Shown: in pieces, positions 59,831 to 64,000 of the stretch
How the letters are laid out: every line of letters starts with the position of its first letter
How positions within the stretch are numbered: the first letter of the stretch is position 1
From: Acidobacteriota bacterium
Lineage (GTDB): Bacteria; Acidobacteriota; Vicinamibacteria; Marinacidobacterales; SMYC01
Reading direction: 5' to 3'
DNA length: 64,000 nucleotides
Assembly: GCA_004356105.1 (NCBI GenBank)
Contig: SMYC01000016.1
Span: 891-64,890 of the forward strand
Translations under genes and position numbers: made by a program
Notes under the pieces: model-generated
What the model saw: only the letters and a program-made list of their open reading frames with translations
Databases searched by the model: none
Told to the model about the DNA's origin: nothing

Positions 59831-60007
59831 CCCTTTCTTTTGCTTTTCGAGCTCGAGCACTCGATGGAGGCCATCCCGTTCCGGAGAAATGCTCTACCGC
59901 CTATCACGGTAGCCGACTGCCGAAAACTCCCCTTTTTTTTGGTTTTCACAAGCGTTCGGTCCGGCCGGCTCGCGGCGAGTGGCGAGTTACGCTAATCTAG
60001 TTTCCTA

Positions 60008-61354
60008 ATGACTAAGAAAGTCGGATTCGTCAGCCTCGGTTGCCCCAAGAATCTCCTCGATAGCGAGGTCATGCTCGGGCATCTCGAGCGAGCGGGATAC
60101 AGCCTTACCAATGCCCCGGAAGAAGCCGACGTGCTCGTGATCAATACTTGCGGCTTCATTGATAGAGCGAAGCAGGAAAGCATCGACACCATCTTGGAGA
60201 TGGCGCGATACAAGGAGACGGGGAACTGCCGCCGCCTCGTTGTGACCGGCTGTCTGGCGCAACGTTACTCCGAGAAGATCGCGAAGGAGCTTCCCGAGGT
60301 TGACGCCGTTATTGGACTCGATCAGCTCCACATGGTGGTAGAGGCGTCCGAAGGTGTTGCGCGGCGCGTCGAATCTCTTCGAGCGGACGGCTCGGCCGCC
60401 TATCTCTACGATCATTTAGCACCTCGGGTCCGAACGACCCCCGCGCACTACGCCTACCTCAAGATTTCTGAAGGCTGCGACTATCCCTGTACCTTTTGCA
60501 TCATTCCGAAGATTCGCGGGGCTTATCGGAGTCGCACACCGGAGTCGATTTTGGCCGAGGCGGAAACGCTCGCGGCTCAGAATGTTCGCGAGCTCGTCCT
60601 CATTGCGCAGGACACGACCCGCTATGGAGACGAGCTCGGGATGCGACATGGGCTCGCCGGGCTTCTGCGCCAGCTCGCCCACGTCGATGGCATCGAGTGG
60701 GTACGTTTTCTCTATGCCTATCCCACGACAGTGGATGACGCGGTTCTTCAGGCGATGGCGGATGAGCCCGCCCTCTGCCGTTACGTGGATATCCCGCTGC
60801 AGCACGCGAGCAATCGCGTTCTCAAAGCCATGAAGCGTCCGGGGACGGGCGAGAGCAACAAGGCGCTCATTCAGCGCATCCGCGATGCCGTGCCTGGCGT
60901 TGCTATCCGGAGCTCCTTCATCGTGGGCTTTCCGGGGGAAACGGAAGACGACTTCGAGTTACTTCTCGATTTTTGTGCGGATGTGCGCTTGGATCACCTC
61001 GGTGTCTTTACCTATTCGAACGAGGAAGGCACGGATGCTTTCGTCCCGATCGAGACCGTTTCGGACGAGGAGAAAGCGCGCCGCCGGGACTTCTTGATGG
61101 AGCAGCAGTCAGATATCTCCCGTCAGAAAAACGAGGAACGTGTCGGTTCGAAGCTCCGGGTCCTAGTGGAAGGCCTCTCCGATGAATCGGACCTCCTCTT
61201 GCAAGGGAGGGCGGAGCATCAAGCCCCAGGTATCGACGGCGTGATATTGATTAACGAGGGCGAAGCAGAGGCGGGCTCTTTCGCGACGGTCGAGATCTCT
61301 GAGGCGCACCCCTACGACCTCGTGGGCCGCGTCTTGGAGACGGAGCTTTCGTGA
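60008..61354 (+). CDS. rimO: Ribosomal protein S12 methylthiotransferase
   Basis: The MTTase N-domain reads VGFVSLGCPKNLLDSE. The radical-SAM motif is CDYPCTFCIIP. A TRAM domain is at the C-terminus. The protein is 448 aa. Confidence 0.9.
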   Translation: MTKKVGFVSLGCPKNLLDSEVMLGHLERAGYSLTNAPEEADVLVINTCGFIDRAKQESIDTILEMARYKETGNCRRLVVTGCLAQRYSEKIAKELPEVDAVIGLDQLHMVVEASEGVARRVESLRADGSAAYLYDHLAPRVRTTPAHYAYLKISEGCDYPCTFCIIPKIRGAYRSRTPESILAEAETLAAQNVRELVLIAQDTTRYGDELGMRHGLAGLLRQLAHVDGIEWVRFLYAYPTTVDDAVLQAMADEPALCRYVDIPLQHASNRVLKAMKRPGTGESNKALIQRIRDAVPGVAIRSSFIVGFPGETEDDFELLLDFCADVRLDHLGVFTYSNEEGTDAFVPIETVSDEEKARRRDFLMEQQSDISRQKNEERVGSKLRVLVEGLSDESDLLLQGRAEHQAPGIDGVILINEGEAEAGSFATVEISEAHPYDLVGRVLETELS

Positions 61355-61439
61355 GCCTCGGCCTCACCCTTCGGCCCTTCGGGATGACAGCTTGAATTCG
61401 AAATCCCCCTAGTTTATAGTTGGTGTTCTGATTTGGCGA

Positions 61440-61470
61440 TAACCACCAGGTGGGCGTCGGTTTGCCCGCC
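61440..61470 (+). terminator. Possible weak intrinsic terminator after rimO: a short GC stem followed by a T7 run
   Basis: GGGCGTCGGTTTGCCCGCCTTTTTTTC. The stem is only 4-5 bp, so confidence is low. Confidence 0.3.
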
Positions 61471-61533
61471 TTTTTTTCTGATTCAAACGCTGTAAGCCTC
61501 TTTCGCGCGACCCCGTAGACAAGTTGAGGTAAA

Positions 61534-62181
61534 TTGTTCGAGGTGATTGGAACACTAGAAGCGTCTTCACCGGCCAAGGCCTTGGTGAAAACCGCGTTGT
61601 CGATACGCATGGATGGGACCCAAAAGGTGATATTCGCGAAAAATCTGCTGCCACAGCTCGAGCTGATCGCACGCCGTGCAGCCGAGCCTCAGGGTGTGGA
61701 GGTCGCCTGGGTCGAGCTCAAGCCGCTGGGGCGAGGCTTCGTCTTCCGGGTCTTCATCGAGCGCGTTAAAAACAGTGGGGACGTCGGCGGAGGCGTTGGC
61801 CTCGAAGATTGCCAGCGTGTCGGTGAGCGCTTGTCGCTTTTGCTCGACGTGGAAGACCCGATTGAGTCGTCTTACACGCTCGAGGTGAGCTCCCCGGGCC
61901 TCGATCGGCCGCTTCACGAGCCCAAGGATTACGAGCGATTCGTGGGCGCGCTCGCGCGGGTCAAAACGAAACAACCGATGGAAGGCCGTAGACGGTTCGT
62001 CGGGCGTCTTTTGGGTGTCGAGCCCACTGGGGTCACCGAGCAAGAGCAACGAAACGGACCCACGATTCTGCTCGACGGAGAGTCCGGTCCGATCCGTATC
62101 CCGTATTCTGCCATTGAGAGCGCTCGGCTCGAGGTGGAGCTCAATCAGCCCCCCCCCCGCAAAGCGAGGAACCGCGTATGA
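61534..62181 (+). CDS. rimP: Ribosome maturation factor RimP. The true start is probably the internal M at about 61609.
   Basis: LIARRAAEPQGVEVAWVEL...FRVFIER...LEVSSPGLDRPL is the RimP pattern. It overlaps nusA by 4 nt, giving the classic rimP-nusA-infB order. Confidence 0.8.
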   Translation: MFEVIGTLEASSPAKALVKTALSIRMDGTQKVIFAKNLLPQLELIARRAAEPQGVEVAWVELKPLGRGFVFRVFIERVKNSGDVGGGVGLEDCQRVGERLSLLLDVEDPIESSYTLEVSSPGLDRPLHEPKDYERFVGALARVKTKQPMEGRRRFVGRLLGVEPTGVTEQEQRNGPTILLDGESGPIRIPYSAIESARLEVELNQPPPRKARNRV

Positions 62182-63563
62182 GTCTGCTCTACCAACACAT
62201 CGAGCAAATGAGCCGGGACAAAGGCGTTGCCGCCGCGATCATTCTAGAGGCGGTGGAAGACGCCATCCTCACGGCAGCCAAGAAATATTATGGGACGGAG
62301 GAGCCTTATCAGGCTCGCTTCAATGAGGAGTCCGGCCAGGTCGAGGTCTTTCTCGTAAAGAGAGTCGTCGAACGCGTCACCACTCCCGAGACCGAGATCA
62401 CCCTACAAGACGCGAAGCGTGTCGTAAAGTCGGCGAAGCTCGGAAGTGATGTAGAGCTCCACAAACCGACGGACGTGCTGGGGCGCATCGCCGCGCAGAC
62501 GGCCAAACAAGTCATCTTTCAAAAAGTGCGCGAAGCCGAGCGCGATCACATCTTCAACGAGTATCGGGACAAAGTCGGTCAACTCGTCACCGGCATCGTG
62601 AAGCGCGCCGAGGCCGGTGACCTCGTCGTGGATTTAGGCAAGACCGAAGCGCTCTTGCCGCGTCGCGAGCAGTCGCGCGCCGAGATCTTCAACCCCGGCG
62701 AGCGGATTCGCGTTGTCATCACGCGCGTGTCGCGTCCGGCGCGTGGGCCCCAAGTCATCGTTTCGCGTACCGACCCGGCGTTGCTCGCCGGGCTTTTCGA
62801 GATGGAAGTGCCCGAGATCTACGAGGGTACCGTCATCGTCAAGAACGCCGTGCGGGAGCCCGGCGACCGGGCCAAAGTGGCAGTGTATTCGAGAGAAAAG
62901 GACGTCGACCCCGTCGGCGCTTGTGTCGGTATCAAGGGCGCTCGGGTACAGAACATCATCCGCGAGCTGCGCGGCGAAAAAATAGATATCGTCGAGTGGA
63001 ACGATGACGCTTGCTCGTTCGCGACCAATGCGCTCAACCCGGCCAAGGTTAGCCGAGTCTCCATCGTCGACGACAAAGATCGCATCATGGAAGTGATCGT
63101 GGCGGACAATCAGCTGTCGCTCGCGATCGGCAAGCGTGGTCAGAATGTTCGGCTAGCGGCGAGATTGCTCGGGTGGCGGATCGACATCAAGAGTGCAGAG
63201 GAGAAAAAACTCGAAGTGCAGTCTCAGATGGATGCCGCGATGATCGCAACCGGCACGGATGTAACGGTTCTCGAGGGGATCCCGCAAAAGACTCTCCAAA
63301 AGGTCGCCACTCATGGGATCACGTCGCTCGAGAAAATCTTGGAATCGCCCGAGAGAGTCACGGACGTTCCAGGCGTTGGCGAGAAGACAGCGGAGAAGCT
63401 GATCGCGAAGGCGCGGGCTTATCTAGAAAAGGTTTCACCTTCGAGCCCCGAGAAAGGAAAAGAAGTCTTGGCCCTGTCGGAGGCAGAAGGTACGACGGAG
63501 ATAGCAGCAACGGTCGAGCCGACCTCGGACGGAGCCGGGTTGGACGATGCGTCGGGAGGGTGA
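62178..63563 (+). CDS. nusA: Transcription termination/antitermination factor NusA
   Basis: An N-terminal domain, S1 (GQLVTGIVKRAEAGDLVVDLG), KH1/KH2 (GACVGIKGARVQNIIREL, AIGKRGQNVRLAARLLGW) and a C-terminal HhH acidic repeat. Confidence 0.9.
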   Translation: MSLLYQHIEQMSRDKGVAAAIILEAVEDAILTAAKKYYGTEEPYQARFNEESGQVEVFLVKRVVERVTTPETEITLQDAKRVVKSAKLGSDVELHKPTDVLGRIAAQTAKQVIFQKVREAERDHIFNEYRDKVGQLVTGIVKRAEAGDLVVDLGKTEALLPRREQSRAEIFNPGERIRVVITRVSRPARGPQVIVSRTDPALLAGLFEMEVPEIYEGTVIVKNAVREPGDRAKVAVYSREKDVDPVGACVGIKGARVQNIIRELRGEKIDIVEWNDDACSFATNALNPAKVSRVSIVDDKDRIMEVIVADNQLSLAIGKRGQNVRLAARLLGWRIDIKSAEEKKLEVQSQMDAAMIATGTDVTVLEGIPQKTLQKVATHGITSLEKILESPERVTDVPGVGEKTAEKLIAKARAYLEKVSPSSPEKGKEVLALSEAEGTTEIAATVEPTSDGAGLDDASGG

Positions 63564-63570
63564 GCGGTAA

Positions 63571-64000
63571 TGGACAAAGTCAGAGTCTATGAGCTCGCAC
63601 GTGACCTCGGCATCACGAGCCCGGAAACGATTGCGCTTCTCAAAGAGAAGCTCAAGATTCGGGTGAAGTCCGCGTCGAGCACGGTCCCGGAAGATACCTC
63701 GACCAGGCTGAAGCGGCTCTTGCGCCTGGAAGGCGCGAGCGCGAGCCGGACAAAAGCTGCAAGGGTGGCAAAGGCCGTGGCGCCTCCCGCCGAAGACGGC
63801 GCCGACCGCGCAAAATTGGCGAGTAAAGCCCGGGCCGAGAAAGCTCGTCTCGCCCTGCTCGAGGAAATGGACGAGGAAGAGCGCGCCGAAAAGGAAAAGG
63901 TTGAGCGCGCGAAACGGGAGAAAGAAGAGCGCGAGCGTCGCGAGGCCGAAGAAGCCGCGCAGAAGATCGCGGAAGAGGAGCAAGCGCAAGAAGCCGCTGC
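63571..64000 (+). CDS. infB: Translation initiation factor IF-2, N-terminal part (runs off the window)
   Basis: MDKVRVYELARDLGITSPETIALLKEKL is the IF2 N-terminal domain, followed by a charged K/E/R/A-rich linker. It is located after nusA. Confidence 0.85.

Noticed and set aside
61360-61440. tRNA-like T-arm motif GAATTCGAAATCCCC
   Set aside because: The surrounding sequence cannot be folded into a cloverleaf and has no acceptor-stem complementarity. It is not a tRNA.

Overview
This is a high-GC (roughly 60-65%) bacterial chromosomal segment. Several features suggest an Acidobacteriota-like organism: Ser/Thr kinases with PEGA and TolB-propeller modules, secreted VWA proteins, and large TPR proteins.

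Most of the window is housekeeping. That includes rmlA/rmlC, metH, a DAACS transporter, a FliA-type sigma factor, bshC, lepB, argS, a YitJ-like HMT/MTHFR fusion, metK, a fused lptFG, smc, asnS, rimO, and rimP-nusA-infB.

Accessory or unusual content:
- (i) A vapBC toxin-antitoxin pair with a tandem-palindrome operator.
- (ii) A free-standing C-terminal remnant of a methyl-accepting chemotaxis protein.
- (iii) A Ser/Thr kinase (PEGA x2 plus TonB_C) coupled to an FHA-zinc-ribbon-RDD membrane protein.
- (iv) A tightly packed operon of about 12 genes and 15 kb (about 25.3-40.8 kb) built around MoxR, DUF58 and BatA-like double-TM VWA proteins. It also carries two DUF4159-like paralogs, a legumain/C13-like protein whose catalytic Cys is replaced by Ser, an 888-aa TPR protein with an HEXXH zincin motif, and a 1170-aa Q/G-rich membrane protein. 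This is the most likely candidate for an under-described system.
- (v) A roughly 50-bp sequence motif present four times as two inverted pairs. One pair bounds a lower-GC 2.2-kb island carrying an arylsulfotransferase-family gene and a kinase relic. The other pair forms a 190-bp MITE-like element between smc and a CYTH gene.
- (vi) A duplicated 3' end of asnS flanking a G-rich/C-rich hairpin.

All domain assignments come from reading the translated ORFs by eye. No database searches were run.
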